Shown here piece after piece: positions 27,690 to 38,197 of a stretch of 42,052 nucleotides of DNA. Location: the UHGV virus genome UHGV-0149441, one strand, 5' to 3'. The position numbers and the translations under genes were made by a program. This DNA comes from a virus. Within the stretch, counting starts at the first letter, position 1, and the number at the start of each line of letters is the position of its first letter. The notes under the pieces were generated by a model that did not search any database, was not told the DNA's origin, and was given only the letters and a program-made list of their open reading frames with translations.

Positions 27690-30355
27690 TATTTAGCACC
27701 CCACAATACTAATGCTATTGCACATCCACGTTCTTCAGTGTATTCAGAAGTTATTTTCATGACACGACCTTTACCATTCACATTATCTTTATATCCTACA
27801 CCTGCTCTACCGTTGATATAGTCGCCTGGTATAACGTCTTTTTCAATGTTCGTGTAGATTTGACCTAATAATCCGACTACATTCCATTCAGGTCGTTCTG
27901 AACGTGATTGATAATCGATTTTGTCGTTATATTCAGGGTTTTCTACTGGTATGTCACGCCATTCGAAAGAAACATTTCCTTCATCGTCTACAAATTCAAC
28001 TTGTTTTCTGTTTGTAATCGTTACTCCATACTCATTTTTTAAAAATCTATCTTTATGGTGGAATGTTTTTTCATTTGCTACCAATGCAGCAGTTCCAGAT
28101 ATAACGCCAATTGGTGTGTCATTAGGTTGCGCTTTTCTTATCTTATCGCCGTCTAATGTAACGATAGTTCCTAAATCGATTGCTAATCCATTTTGTGACT
28201 CAAATAACTCTGCGATATCGGCACTATCTTGTTTAAGTTGACCGGCTAAAGTTAAGTTTCCTGAATAAGTGCTTAAATCAAATTTAATGTTAGATGTAGA
28301 AGCATTACCACTAGAACCATATCCAGCGACAACATGATAGTTACCAGGTGACTTAACACGATTACTATTAAGAATTAATTGTGTGTGTCCTGACTTGTCT
28401 GTTTCTGAATTTAACGAGTTGATAATACCACTACGTGATCCATAAGATTTGGAGTTAGCACCAGAACCTAATACAAAGCTACGATTACTGTATGCTTTCG
28501 AACCACCTGTTGACGCAATAACTGCACTAGCATTAGCTACGCCTGCACTTCCTGTAGACGCTATACTAGCACCACCTTTTCCAACTGTAGGAGGTGTGTC
28601 GTATTTTTCGCCGGCTATCCATGCAGGTGTTGAATAATTGTTTGCTGTGATACCACTAATCATAGCGTGGTTATTTGTCAAACGTAATCCTATGCCCGAA
28701 CCATTACCGTGTAAGTTACAATTAGTTATTTTAGTATCGTATATTTTACTTCCAACACCGATACCGATATTGTTAGATGAATTCCAAATATTGATATTGT
28801 TTAAAATAACTCTTGAAGGTCTATTATCTCCGCCAAATAATCTAATATCTACTTCTGCATTTTTAAAGTTACGCACATTAATATTATTAAGCGAGATGTT
28901 TTCGGACATGAATTGGATGGCTATTGCTGGTTGTTTTTTATCTAGTTTTCCACCTTCTAATTTTCCGAAATCATCATCACCAATTGCAGTGAAATTATTG
29001 ACTGATACATTTTTATAAGCACTGATTAATAATGCTCTAGGTGTTGAGCCTGGATACACACCATTGTATTTAGGGTTTAAAGCTAAGCAATTATTTAGCA
29101 CCACGTCATAAGCAGTCAAACTTTTATTGTCCGTTTTAGCTCTATGATGACCGATGTGTCGAATGTTGTAAGCTCTTGTATCTTCGATTGATACGTGACC
29201 GTTAACGAACACACCACTTGCAGCACTTGCATTACTGTGTGCTTTGATTTCTAAACCACCGAAGTTACCTTTGGTTCTGTTGTTTGATAAGAACACATAT
29301 TGTGAGCCATCGTCAATTTCTACACCGTTGTTATTACTTCCACCTGTTGGTGTATGTGCATAACAATTAGAAATTGTAATGTAACGAGAGTGATGGGTAG
29401 TGATACCATCATCTCCGCAACCATATACCTCACAATTATCAATATGAATATGCTTACTTTCTAATGCGTAAGGCACTCTGTTTCCATCGCCTTCGTAGTA
29501 ATAATTGTCATTTGCATATGTTACATCGATACAGTGTAGTAAAGCGTCATATGATTTAACGTTATAGATATATCCATTAGTTACACCCGCAAATCTAATG
29601 TTAGATGAACGAGAACCACCGGTAGCTTTAAGTGTTTTATTTTGTCTAAACTTATTCCCGTTGAACGAAAAACTTTCTAATGAAATGTTTTCAGCTCCAC
29701 CACTCATTTTTAAGTTAGTGATACCAATATTTTCTGCAGGTGTTTCGTCCATAAACTTAATTGTAGTAATGTCTTTACCTTGTCCTACCAAACGAGAGTT
29801 GTTAGGCATTTTAATACCTGTTGTAAGGTAAGTACCACCACTCATAGTTACCTGTACATTGCCGTTACCTAATGCGTCTTGGAAAGCTTTCGTACTGTCC
29901 TTTTGACCTGTAGGATCTCCGCCAAAGTCATCAACGTTAACAATACGTTGTATTTTCTTAGTTAAGTCGGCTCTTAGTTCTTCTCTAGCGTTACTTTCTC
30001 TTAAAAAGTCGTGATATAGACGTTGGTGTAAAGAATCGAAACTTTGAGCGTCCATTGATGTGTGACTAGCTTTTAATTCGTTATTGCCATCACCGTTATG
30101 ACCTAACACAAGATGTTCAATAAGTTCATCTTGATAATTTTCATGATTAGATAATACGACATCTTTACCTTTTGTAGTTTTGTGTTTGATTTGATCAGTT
30201 GTATGCGCATTTTTTTGAGTGGTTAAATGCTCGTTAAAGCTATCATCACTTTTATTAGTCCAGTATTTTATTTGTTCGAAGTTATTCTCAAGTTGACTTA
30301 CAAACTTTTGACTAAAGTACGAGTGAAGTTTCGTAATTAAGTTATCTAATTTCAA
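27689..30355 (-). CDS. Tail structural protein with a right-handed parallel beta-helix (pectate-lyase-like) domain; putative wall-polymer depolymerase or RBP
   Basis: 888 aa with repeated NxxG/beta-helix repeats (NCEVYGCGDDGITTHHSRYITISNCYAHT...). ATGA overlap with the downstream ORF. Confidence 0.6.
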   Translation of the reverse strand: MKLDNLITKLHSYFSQKFVSQLENNFEQIKYWTNKSDDSFNEHLTTQKNAHTTDQIKHKTTKGKDVVLSNHENYQDELIEHLVLGHNGDGNNELKASHTSMDAQSFDSLHQRLYHDFLRESNAREELRADLTKKIQRIVNVDDFGGDPTGQKDSTKAFQDALGNGNVQVTMSGGTYLTTGIKMPNNSRLVGQGKDITTIKFMDETPAENIGITNLKMSGGAENISLESFSFNGNKFRQNKTLKATGGSRSSNIRFAGVTNGYIYNVKSYDALLHCIDVTYANDNYYYEGDGNRVPYALESKHIHIDNCEVYGCGDDGITTHHSRYITISNCYAHTPTGGSNNNGVEIDDGSQYVFLSNNRTKGNFGGLEIKAHSNASAASGVFVNGHVSIEDTRAYNIRHIGHHRAKTDNKSLTAYDVVLNNCLALNPKYNGVYPGSTPRALLISAYKNVSVNNFTAIGDDDFGKLEGGKLDKKQPAIAIQFMSENISLNNINVRNFKNAEVDIRLFGGDNRPSRVILNNINIWNSSNNIGIGVGSKIYDTKITNCNLHGNGSGIGLRLTNNHAMISGITANNYSTPAWIAGEKYDTPPTVGKGGASIASTGSAGVANASAVIASTGGSKAYSNRSFVLGSGANSKSYGSRSGIINSLNSETDKSGHTQLILNSNRVKSPGNYHVVAGYGSSGNASTSNIKFDLSTYSGNLTLAGQLKQDSADIAELFESQNGLAIDLGTIVTLDGDKIRKAQPNDTPIGVISGTAALVANEKTFHHKDRFLKNEYGVTITNRKQVEFVDDEGNVSFEWRDIPVENPEYNDKIDYQSRSERPEWNVVGLLGQIYTNIEKDVIPGDYINGRAGVGYKDNVNGKGRVMKITSEYTEERGCAIALVLWGAK

Positions 30356-30369
30356 ATTTTTTGACCTCC

Positions 30370-32226
30370 TTAGCCATAAAAACCATAAAAGTTTTTAATC
30401 AATTCGTACATAATGACCTCGTGCCCTTTTTCATTAGGGTGTACCCCGTCAGGCATACTCGATTTTCTGTACGAAGGTATATTGGGTTTGAATTGTGTTG
30501 AATGATAAGCGTCATAAACAGGTATATCCAGTTCGTTACAAGCGTCTATTTGAACATCTACATAATCAGCTAAAGTGTGACCTAAATCGTTCTTAGTAGT
30601 GTCTTTTCTTACGGTTTTGCCGTCTTTTATATAACATTGTTTAGTAGGTGTCATAACAATTATTTTAGAGTTAGGGTTATTACTCTTGATTTTAGTGATA
30701 GCACTATAAAAGGCACCGTAAAACGTTTTAGTATCCGTTTTATCAGTGCCTATATTAATATCATTAGTCCAATCATCATCTGTACCTTGCACAATGATTA
30801 AATCAGATTTAATTTTGGTCGCTTGTTCATAAATGCTATTATCTTTGTTTGTGCTCATTGTCGCACCACTAACAGCTAAGTTTGTTGATTTAGCCTTTAT
30901 CTTCTTAGCTAACATTTGAGTAAAGTTAGTTTTAGCACCAGTACCTTTAGCGACAGAATCTCCAATAGTACCTATTGTTTTAACTTTCCTAATCTTAGAC
31001 TTAGGTGTAAAGTCGTGAACAATAGTACCGTTTGCAGTTGTAACACTCTTAGCATGCGCGCTTTCTAATCTTCTTTTTATTTCATCGGTTTTCTTCTGCA
31101 AATCTTGTGCAGTCTTAGTATTTGCGTTGTTTTGAGCTTGAATCATCCTTAAGTCTTTAGCTGGATCAGATTTGTTAGACTTAATAGCTTTAACATAATT
31201 TGCAGCAGTGTTTACTGCTTTCATGTATCTATCTTGTAATCTAAATTCCCCTAAGACTACGTCTTGCTTGATAATCTTATTGTTAATATCTCGATGTGTA
31301 GTGATTTCTATAATTCTTACATATTCATTTAATCCTATTAGGTCGTCAATGACATTAACTATATCTCCGACTTTAGGAATTGCTTCTTTAAAATGTTTTT
31401 GTAAAGAAATGAAATCTAGTGTTACAGACGTTTTTAAACTTTCTTGTATAACTAACTCCATAGCTTTTTTGAGTGTATCACCTTTAGTTATGCGTTCATC
31501 TACAACGGGTGGCGCATGCCGTTTGCCTATTAAGTCGGCTAAAGGGTGTGTGTACTCATATTGCAAACTAGCTTCGTTAAAAGTTTGTTGCTCATCAAAG
31601 CCACCATAACCTCTGATATAGGTGTAACACTTAGAAGCATCTTCTTGGACTTTTACATTATTCGCATTAACACCTGCTTTAATGTAGTAGTTAGCCTTTC
31701 TTTGAACAATATCATATAAATGGAACGTCTTTGTTTTAGCGTTGTATTCATATTCTAGGTTATATCTTTCCAAACCTTTTTTGAATAGTTCTAAGTTTGT
31801 ATCATGATTACCTAGATTCTCAAATTTAGATGATGAAACCTTAGCGTGTAATTCATACTTATAACCGGTATTTCTAAAAACGAGATCAAAATAATTTTTA
31901 CCAGTAAAACTACCGTTATATACTTCGTAGACTCGCAAGTTATTTAAATCATCTAATTCGACAGGACGCGCTTTGATTGTTAACTTTTCCTTTTGACCTA
32001 CAGTTGTTTTGTCTAACATAACGATACGGTATTCGTTTAGGTCATCAGCACCACCAACACCTGTAATCGTCCACATTTTAGTAATAGCCCCTATAGCGTC
32101 AAATGTAGCTTTGTTTTCTACCATTTCTATTTCTAAGGAGCCATCTTCATTTAATTTCTCGTTTAATTTTGTTTCTACAGGTAGGGATTGCCCAATGCCC
32201 TGTAACGTTTTTAATAATATTGGCAA
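30370..32226 (-). CDS. Tail tip protein (Tal) with a C-terminal SGNH/GDSL hydrolase domain
   Basis: 618 aa located after Dit. It has a GDS motif (IGTIGDSVAKG) and a DGVHPN block. Confidence 0.65.
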   Translation of the reverse strand: MPILLKTLQGIGQSLPVETKLNEKLNEDGSLEIEMVENKATFDAIGAITKMWTITGVGGADDLNEYRIVMLDKTTVGQKEKLTIKARPVELDDLNNLRVYEVYNGSFTGKNYFDLVFRNTGYKYELHAKVSSSKFENLGNHDTNLELFKKGLERYNLEYEYNAKTKTFHLYDIVQRKANYYIKAGVNANNVKVQEDASKCYTYIRGYGGFDEQQTFNEASLQYEYTHPLADLIGKRHAPPVVDERITKGDTLKKAMELVIQESLKTSVTLDFISLQKHFKEAIPKVGDIVNVIDDLIGLNEYVRIIEITTHRDINNKIIKQDVVLGEFRLQDRYMKAVNTAANYVKAIKSNKSDPAKDLRMIQAQNNANTKTAQDLQKKTDEIKRRLESAHAKSVTTANGTIVHDFTPKSKIRKVKTIGTIGDSVAKGTGAKTNFTQMLAKKIKAKSTNLAVSGATMSTNKDNSIYEQATKIKSDLIIVQGTDDDWTNDINIGTDKTDTKTFYGAFYSAITKIKSNNPNSKIIVMTPTKQCYIKDGKTVRKDTTKNDLGHTLADYVDVQIDACNELDIPVYDAYHSTQFKPNIPSYRKSSMPDGVHPNEKGHEVIMYELIKNFYGFYG

Positions 32227-32239
32227 TTAAGCAACCTCC

Positions 32240-33178
32240 TTACAAGTAATATCTTTTATGTTTAAACGTAATTTTTTGAAGTTTCTTAGTAGTATGGAAG
32301 GTATTCCAACCAGGCATTAATACAGGTTGTTGTTTTGTCTTGTTGTAATCATCAATGCGTAAGTTATTACGATATACATGAATGCCGTCAAATTTGATAA
32401 CATCACCGGCTCTCAATTCTAATCCACTTATTTTCATAATGTCACTATGTGTCATATAGAAGTTAAAACCATCGCTATCATTTTTACTGACATTTTCTCC
32501 AAGTGTCATTTCTACAACACTATCTTGGTTAAATTGGTTAATTTCAGCTGTACCACCGTAATATACATCGCCCACTTTAGTGTCATAGAATGTGTATCTA
32601 CGTTCTTTATGAGATGTGTTGAACGGGTTTTTGTCTGGAATACCCCATTTATTCAAATTACCACTCTCTTTTTCTAAATCTGTACTATACCCAATACTCT
32701 CAAAGTATGGTAATTCAATCGTTTCGAAATCTAGTGTGAATTCACCTGACGTTTTAGTAGTATCGAATGACACTTCATTAACTAAGCCAACAAGTATCTG
32801 CCTACCGTCTACATATTCAAGTTCAAACTTTTGTTCTTTAGGTTGAAAGATATTTTCGAACAATATCTCGTTTTCTGGAGAAGCTAATTCTCTTAAATAG
32901 AATTCCCCCCTAAGCATAGCTTGTATATCTGATTTTAGATGAGAAGCATAAGCTATCTTTTCTACATCGTACCTAACCGTCATAGATATACTTTTCTTTT
33001 CTTCTTTAGTAGCATTATGAAATCTACCGTTAACACGATCAATTTCATCAAACTTTCGGTCATAGCCTGCACCTTTAACATCGTAAGAAACAACTCTCAA
33101 CGCAGTACCAGTAAAGCGATTGTTACTAATACGCAAACGTTCTTTATTTTTGTATACCTCAACATCATGTAATATCAA
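32240..33178 (-). CDS. Distal tail protein (Dit)
   Basis: 312 aa immediately downstream of the tape measure gene. Confidence 0.55.
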   Translation of the reverse strand: MILHDVEVYKNKERLRISNNRFTGTALRVVSYDVKGAGYDRKFDEIDRVNGRFHNATKEEKKSISMTVRYDVEKIAYASHLKSDIQAMLRGEFYLRELASPENEILFENIFQPKEQKFELEYVDGRQILVGLVNEVSFDTTKTSGEFTLDFETIELPYFESIGYSTDLEKESGNLNKWGIPDKNPFNTSHKERRYTFYDTKVGDVYYGGTAEINQFNQDSVVEMTLGENVSKNDSDGFNFYMTHSDIMKISGLELRAGDVIKFDGIHVYRNNLRIDDYNKTKQQPVLMPGWNTFHTTKKLQKITFKHKRYYL

Positions 33179-33193
33179 TTAACAATCACTCCT

Positions 33194-36100
33194 TTAAAAT
33201 AATCCGAAACTTGCGTCTTTTGAGTTGGAATCTTCAATGTAAGATTTAATAGCCGGTATATCTGACTCATTGCGAACAGTCACGTTGACGATAGGTTTAT
33301 TGTTCTCTTGCATGCTATGGCGTACGTCTTTACTCATATGTGCGTTCACATCGCTATTTAATCCACCTGTTAAGTCTGATGTTAAATCAGTGTTTAAATC
33401 AGGGCTAAATGCGTTAGTTACATCTTTCGCTAAACGACGACTGGCATTAATAGCACTATTGCTTTGTTCCATAATACCAATACCTAAGCCTTGAGAAATA
33501 TATCCACCTATACCTCTGAATACACGAGAAGGTGAGTGAATACCTAGTACGTTTTTAGCTGCACTAACTGCTTTTTTAGCAATGTTTGCGGCAGCATTTA
33601 TAACTCTACTTGCGCCATTTGCAATACCTCGTGCAATACCTGAAGCAATATGCAATCCTGCAGATACCATTTGTCCGAAGAAACTTCTGACTTTGGAAAC
33701 AGCTCTACCCATACCAGAAGCAACTTGTGATACAACTCTAACAAAACCACTAACCACGCCTTGAACAAATCTACTCATCGCAGAAATGATACTTGAAACC
33801 CAACGAGCACCACCAGAAATGATACGACTTAGTGCTTGCATCATTTTTTGAGCAACGGTTGAAACTACACGTGAAAACCAACTTGATACTGTATTCCATA
33901 TTCTAGTAACTGCACCTGAAATCGCAGACCAAATTTGGTTCCAACTTGTAATATTAGTACCAAGTATTCTGTTCAAAACATTGAATATGAAGTTAGAAAT
34001 TTGGCCCCAAATTGACAATATGGTATTCCAAATCGTAGTCATTACATTAGAAATCGTAGTTTGTAAAGTTTGCCAAGCGCCAGAAAAATCTCCGGTAAGG
34101 AGCTGTATTAATGCAGTAAACAAACCGAAAATCAATTGCGTAGCAGCTTGTAGTATTCCACCTATCGCAGTGAATACTACTGAAATCACAGTCCAAAGAG
34201 ATTGGAAAGCAGTTACTAAACCATTGATAAGGCTAATGAATAAGAAGCCGAGAACTTGGTTTGCAACTTGTCCTAACATTTGTAAGATAGGCATAATTGG
34301 TTGGAGCGTTTGTTCGATAGACGCTCTGAACTGATTAAACCAGTTAATCACTGTTTTTACAGCGTTCATTATCGTATCTTTAATTGTGTTCCAAGCTTCA
34401 ACACAAGTTTTTCTGAAATTCTCGTTCGTTTTCCATAACCAAACAATAATACCTATTAAAGCGACGATAACGCCTATGATAGCCAATACAGGCCATGAAA
34501 TCGCACCTATAGCTACACCTAACGCTTGGAATGCACCACTTAACATAGGTAAGATACGCATAATTGTACTAATAGGGCTCATGAGAAGTCTAAATGCGAT
34601 TTTCACTAGGTTTAACGCACTTCTAAGTATTTGAGTGTTTCTAGCAAAAGCTAACATTTTAGTCATAGCTTTGAATAGACTACTACTAAAGAATGTTTCT
34701 AATAATGTACCTACTGCGATGATTGGTGCTAGTAAAGCCCACAACATACCACCGAGTATCATACCTATACCAATCATTCGAGCTATAGCTGGATGTGTTT
34801 CAAACAACTTAGCTATGAAACCAGCTAATGCTGTTACTACTTTTAATATCACACTTGCTATTGGAGCCATTGCAGTGCCGAATGCAACCAATACTCTTAC
34901 AATATTACCGATTAGATCCATAATGACTGGACCATTCTCTTGTACATACTGAACAAACTTTTTAAACCCTTCAGATTTACCAACTTGTTCAGACCATTCT
35001 CTAAACTTAGCAGTCATTTTAACTAGCCAATCAAAGATATTAGAACTGTTTTGAGCAAATGCTTTCATCAAGTTACCAATACCCATGAATACATTGCCAA
35101 ATATTTGACCTATTTTAGGTAAATTAGTTTTAGTGTATTCAATAAATGATTTAATAGCATTTTGACCTGCTACACTATTCGCCCAGTTTTGGAACTTTTT
35201 ACCTAAATTATCTAAGCCTTTAGCAGTCCATAAGAATAGTGGACCTAATTGAGTGAATACATTAATAAGTCCGTCACCAAAACGTCCTGCAGCACTTAAT
35301 AATGTGTTGAATGTCTTAACACCTGTTGTATTCATCATGTTAAAGAACTTGCTAGCAGTTTGGCTGTTTTGAGCCCATTTTAAGACACTCTGTGAAGCTT
35401 GTTCCATTCCTTTAGAGATACCTGCTAAGAATGGTTTCATGCGTCCTAAAGCTACGTTAACAGTGTCTAAAGCGTTAGATAACGTATTGAATATTTGAGA
35501 TTGATTTTGCTTGATAATGCCTTCCCAAGTTGACTTAACTTGTTCTAAAGACGCTTGATATCTTCTTGTTTGTGCAGTGGCTTGTAATGTTCCGTCATTC
35601 AACATTTTAATTGCACTTACTGCCATAGCACCAAATGCAAACGCACCACTTGCAGCAATACCAAATGCACCAGCTACACCTAATGCACCACCAGCAACTA
35701 CGCCTAATGCGTTAGCTACTGCCATGATGGCGGGTACTAATCCAGCTATGATAGGAATAAGTCCTTGAAAACTAGCGATTAGCACACCTTTGATTTGTTG
35801 TCCAAACACAGTACCAAATGTACGAATACGAGTAGCTAATCTATCCATTTTGTCGCCGTATTCATCTAAAGACTGACTTAAAGCTCTAGTTAATACTTGA
35901 GCTCTTGTCATTCCCCTTGTATCAAAGTTAACTTTTACCGTTTTATCATGTAAGGTTGCCAACATAGCCTTAGCACCTAATACTGAACGTTTTAAGGGGT
36001 TGTTGTTACCTTTTATGTCTACTTCTTTATCTCTTAATTGCTGTAATTTCTCTTTAACTACTGCAATTGCTCGTTTGATAGGGTTGTTGTTACCGTCTAT

Positions 36101-36298
36101 ATCAACGGTATGTTCTCGCCAACGTTGAGCCATTGCTTTTGCAGTGTTTAAGGCTCGTTTAAACTTACTGATATTCGCATCGACTTGTGTTTCAATCTCG
36201 TCAGGTATTTCAGTTTTAGCCATACGTTGAGCTTTTCTGATATTCCGTTGGAAATCTGTAATGATCGCCGATATACGAGCCATAAAGTTTTTATTCAT
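33194..36298 (-). CDS. Tape measure protein
   Basis: 1034 aa. It is helical or hydrophobic and rich in A/G/I, and lies downstream of the G/T chaperones. Confidence 0.85.
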   Translation of the reverse strand: MNKNFMARISAIITDFQRNIRKAQRMAKTEIPDEIETQVDANISKFKRALNTAKAMAQRWREHTVDIDGNNNPIKRAIAVVKEKLQQLRDKEVDIKGNNNPLKRSVLGAKAMLATLHDKTVKVNFDTRGMTRAQVLTRALSQSLDEYGDKMDRLATRIRTFGTVFGQQIKGVLIASFQGLIPIIAGLVPAIMAVANALGVVAGGALGVAGAFGIAASGAFAFGAMAVSAIKMLNDGTLQATAQTRRYQASLEQVKSTWEGIIKQNQSQIFNTLSNALDTVNVALGRMKPFLAGISKGMEQASQSVLKWAQNSQTASKFFNMMNTTGVKTFNTLLSAAGRFGDGLINVFTQLGPLFLWTAKGLDNLGKKFQNWANSVAGQNAIKSFIEYTKTNLPKIGQIFGNVFMGIGNLMKAFAQNSSNIFDWLVKMTAKFREWSEQVGKSEGFKKFVQYVQENGPVIMDLIGNIVRVLVAFGTAMAPIASVILKVVTALAGFIAKLFETHPAIARMIGIGMILGGMLWALLAPIIAVGTLLETFFSSSLFKAMTKMLAFARNTQILRSALNLVKIAFRLLMSPISTIMRILPMLSGAFQALGVAIGAISWPVLAIIGVIVALIGIIVWLWKTNENFRKTCVEAWNTIKDTIMNAVKTVINWFNQFRASIEQTLQPIMPILQMLGQVANQVLGFLFISLINGLVTAFQSLWTVISVVFTAIGGILQAATQLIFGLFTALIQLLTGDFSGAWQTLQTTISNVMTTIWNTILSIWGQISNFIFNVLNRILGTNITSWNQIWSAISGAVTRIWNTVSSWFSRVVSTVAQKMMQALSRIISGGARWVSSIISAMSRFVQGVVSGFVRVVSQVASGMGRAVSKVRSFFGQMVSAGLHIASGIARGIANGASRVINAAANIAKKAVSAAKNVLGIHSPSRVFRGIGGYISQGLGIGIMEQSNSAINASRRLAKDVTNAFSPDLNTDLTSDLTGGLNSDVNAHMSKDVRHSMQENNKPIVNVTVRNESDIPAIKSYIEDSNSKDASFGLF

Positions 36299-36300
36299 GG

Positions 36301-36813
36301 CTAACCTCCTTTTTGACTAGTATTGCGTAATGAATTCATAAAGCGTCGTGTACCTTGTTTCTGAACATTTCTAATGCGTTTGTTATGTGCTAACTTACGT
36401 TCTTTCATACGTTCGTATTCTTCTGACTGTCCACGTACCTCGTATCTTGCACGTTCTAATTGCTTCTGTAATCGTTTAAGTGATTTACCAGCTTGCACAA
36501 GACCGTTAGCTTGAGCACCAAATAATAAAGTTTCTTGTTCATCAAGTAACGCCAATCTACGACCTACAACCCAGTCTTTCCATTCATTAGGCGTCAAACT
36601 CATTAATTCATCATAAGGAAGATAGCCTATGTATTGACCGGTTATCTGCCGTATTTCTGAATAATCTAGTAAGGTAGCTCGCCCATGATTTCTTTGTAAT
36701 TGTTCTTCATGAACTCGATACCGTTCTTCGTAGACTCTTTCTCTTCTTCTTTGACCATAGATGGAGCCGAGTTCATTTGTGTCCAGAATAGACGTGATTT
36801 CTGCTTGAAAAAA
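36301..36813 (-). CDS. Tail assembly chaperone frameshift extension (T part of G-T), entered by a -1 slip at 36807-36813
   Basis: The -1 frame is open from the slippery site through the 100-aa ORF (36301-36603). Confidence 0.55.
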   Translation of the reverse strand, partial: FFQAEITSILDTNELGSIYGQRRRERVYEERYRVHEEQLQRNHGRATLLDYSEIRQITGQYIGYLPYDELMSLTPNEWKDWVVGRRLALLDEQETLLFGAQANGLVQAGKSLKRLQKQLERARYEVRGQSEEYERMKERKLAHNKRIRNVQKQGTRRFMNSLRNTSQKGG

Positions 36814-37160
36814 CCACTATGATTTAAAACTTGCAATGCACCTTGTAACAATTCGATAGAGTCTTGTTTTTCATCAATAATTTCCATTAGTGTTTGTTCG
36901 ATATCTTCACGTTTAGGTGCGTTCTTACCTAGATAAGCTGTTGCACATTCCCAAAAATCAGCAATTGCGATTGGATCACGTTCTAAAATGCCATTATAGA
37001 TAGCATTGAAACCAGACACTTTAGTTGTTTTACCATTTTCGTCTTGCTCGTCTTTAGCAAATTTCTTAGCCGCTTTATCGAATAAGAAAGTAGCTTTTGC
37101 TTCTACTTCTTCTCCGTTGAACTCTAATGTAGTAATAGGATTGATTGTATTTTCAGTCAT
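36666..37160 (-). CDS. Tail assembly chaperone (G-like)
   Basis: 164 aa between the major tail protein and the tape measure gene. Confidence 0.6.
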   Translation of the reverse strand: MTENTINPITTLEFNGEEVEAKATFLFDKAAKKFAKDEQDENGKTTKVSGFNAIYNGILERDPIAIADFWECATAYLGKNAPKREDIEQTLMEIIDEKQDSIELLQGALQVLNHSGFFKQKSRLFWTQMNSAPSMVKEEEKESTKNGIEFMKNNYKEIMGELPY

Positions 37161-37221
37161 TCTTTAACCTCTTTCTGTTATTTTGTACAAAAAAATAGAG
37201 GGCTTAATGCCCTCGTAAAAC

Positions 37222-37761
37222 TTATGCACCAGCACTAGGTGTACGGTTTTCGTATGAGTCTGTATAAGCTCCCATATCTTCCCATTCAACTGTAGGAGCA
37301 GCAGCACTAGGGTTGAGCCATTCTGGTGGTAATGAATCAACAGAACCGTCTGCACTGTTAAATTTAACTTTTGCAGTGATTTCGATTTTGTCATCCTCAT
37401 CATCAAATGACCATTCGTGCTCTTCTACAATTACATAAGCGAAAGTACCGTGATGTTTACCGTCACGTTTCTTAACTTCCCAAATCCATAAACGTAACTG
37501 CTTGAAGTTTTTAACTGACTCTTTTAAAGCTTCTTGACCTTTGTCGCCAGGAACACGGTCAACAGTTAACTTGATTTCTTCTTCTACAGAGTTACGACCG
37601 TAGTCTTTTTTGCCACCTGTAATCATTTCAGCTAAGTCATTACTGATTGTGTGTCCACCCTCAGCTAAACTAGCTAACAGAATAGCATCTTCTTCTTTTA
37701 GCTTGCTCGCTAAATCTTTGTCAGCGATTTGTAACGCTGCAATGTATTTATTCTGCGCCAT
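37222..37761 (-). CDS. Major tail protein
   Basis: 179 aa in the canonical position. RBS present. Confidence 0.55.
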   Translation of the reverse strand: MAQNKYIAALQIADKDLASKLKEEDAILLASLAEGGHTISNDLAEMITGGKKDYGRNSVEEEIKLTVDRVPGDKGQEALKESVKNFKQLRLWIWEVKKRDGKHHGTFAYVIVEEHEWSFDDEDDKIEITAKVKFNSADGSVDSLPPEWLNPSAAAPTVEWEDMGAYTDSYENRTPSAGA

Positions 37762-38185
37762 TCGTTACACTCCTTTGTAAAGTATTGTGTCTGTATTTAA
37801 AAACAAACCGGATGATACCGTGTTTCGTGTACTGATCTATGTCAGTTATCACTTCTTGTGTATCAATCCGACTTTTAATGAATGAGTAATGTTCGATTTC
37901 AAATTCAGTGTTAAGTGCATGACCTAAAAACTGAATGATTTGTGCTACTTCATCACGATTTCTCGCTTGACTATACACGTGTAAGGTTACGCCTACATCT
38001 TCAAACATACTCGTTGTCGTTTCTTTATTAGTGACGTTTGTTTCACCCACAACGATATATGGGTAAACAGCGTCTTTTTGAACGCAATCAAAAACCCTAC
38101 CACCAAGCTGTTTTTTGATGATAGGGTTGCTTTTTAATTTGTTATATATCTTGTTAAACAGATACCGTTCTACTGATACCCACAT
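37748..38185 (-). CDS. Tail completion or tail terminator protein
   Basis: 145 aa, by position. Confidence 0.45.
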   Translation of the reverse strand: MWVSVERYLFNKIYNKLKSNPIIKKQLGGRVFDCVQKDAVYPYIVVGETNVTNKETTTSMFEDVGVTLHVYSQARNRDEVAQIIQFLGHALNTEFEIEHYSFIKSRIDTQEVITDIDQYTKHGIIRFVFKYRHNTLQRSVTNGAE

Positions 38186-38197
38186 ATCTTAACCACC

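Noticed and set aside
28449-29018. Plus-strand ORFs antisense to the 888-aa tail protein
   Set aside because: They are fully embedded in a strongly supported minus-strand CDS and have no translation signals.
33270-35768. Several plus-strand ORFs (74-117 aa) inside the tape measure gene
   Set aside because: They are antisense to a long, well-supported minus-strand gene, have low-complexity compositions mirroring the A/G/I-rich TMP codons, and have no RBS.
37164-37406. 80-aa minus-strand ORF overlapping the major tail protein gene
   Set aside because: It is an alternative frame inside a larger gene and has no independent RBS.
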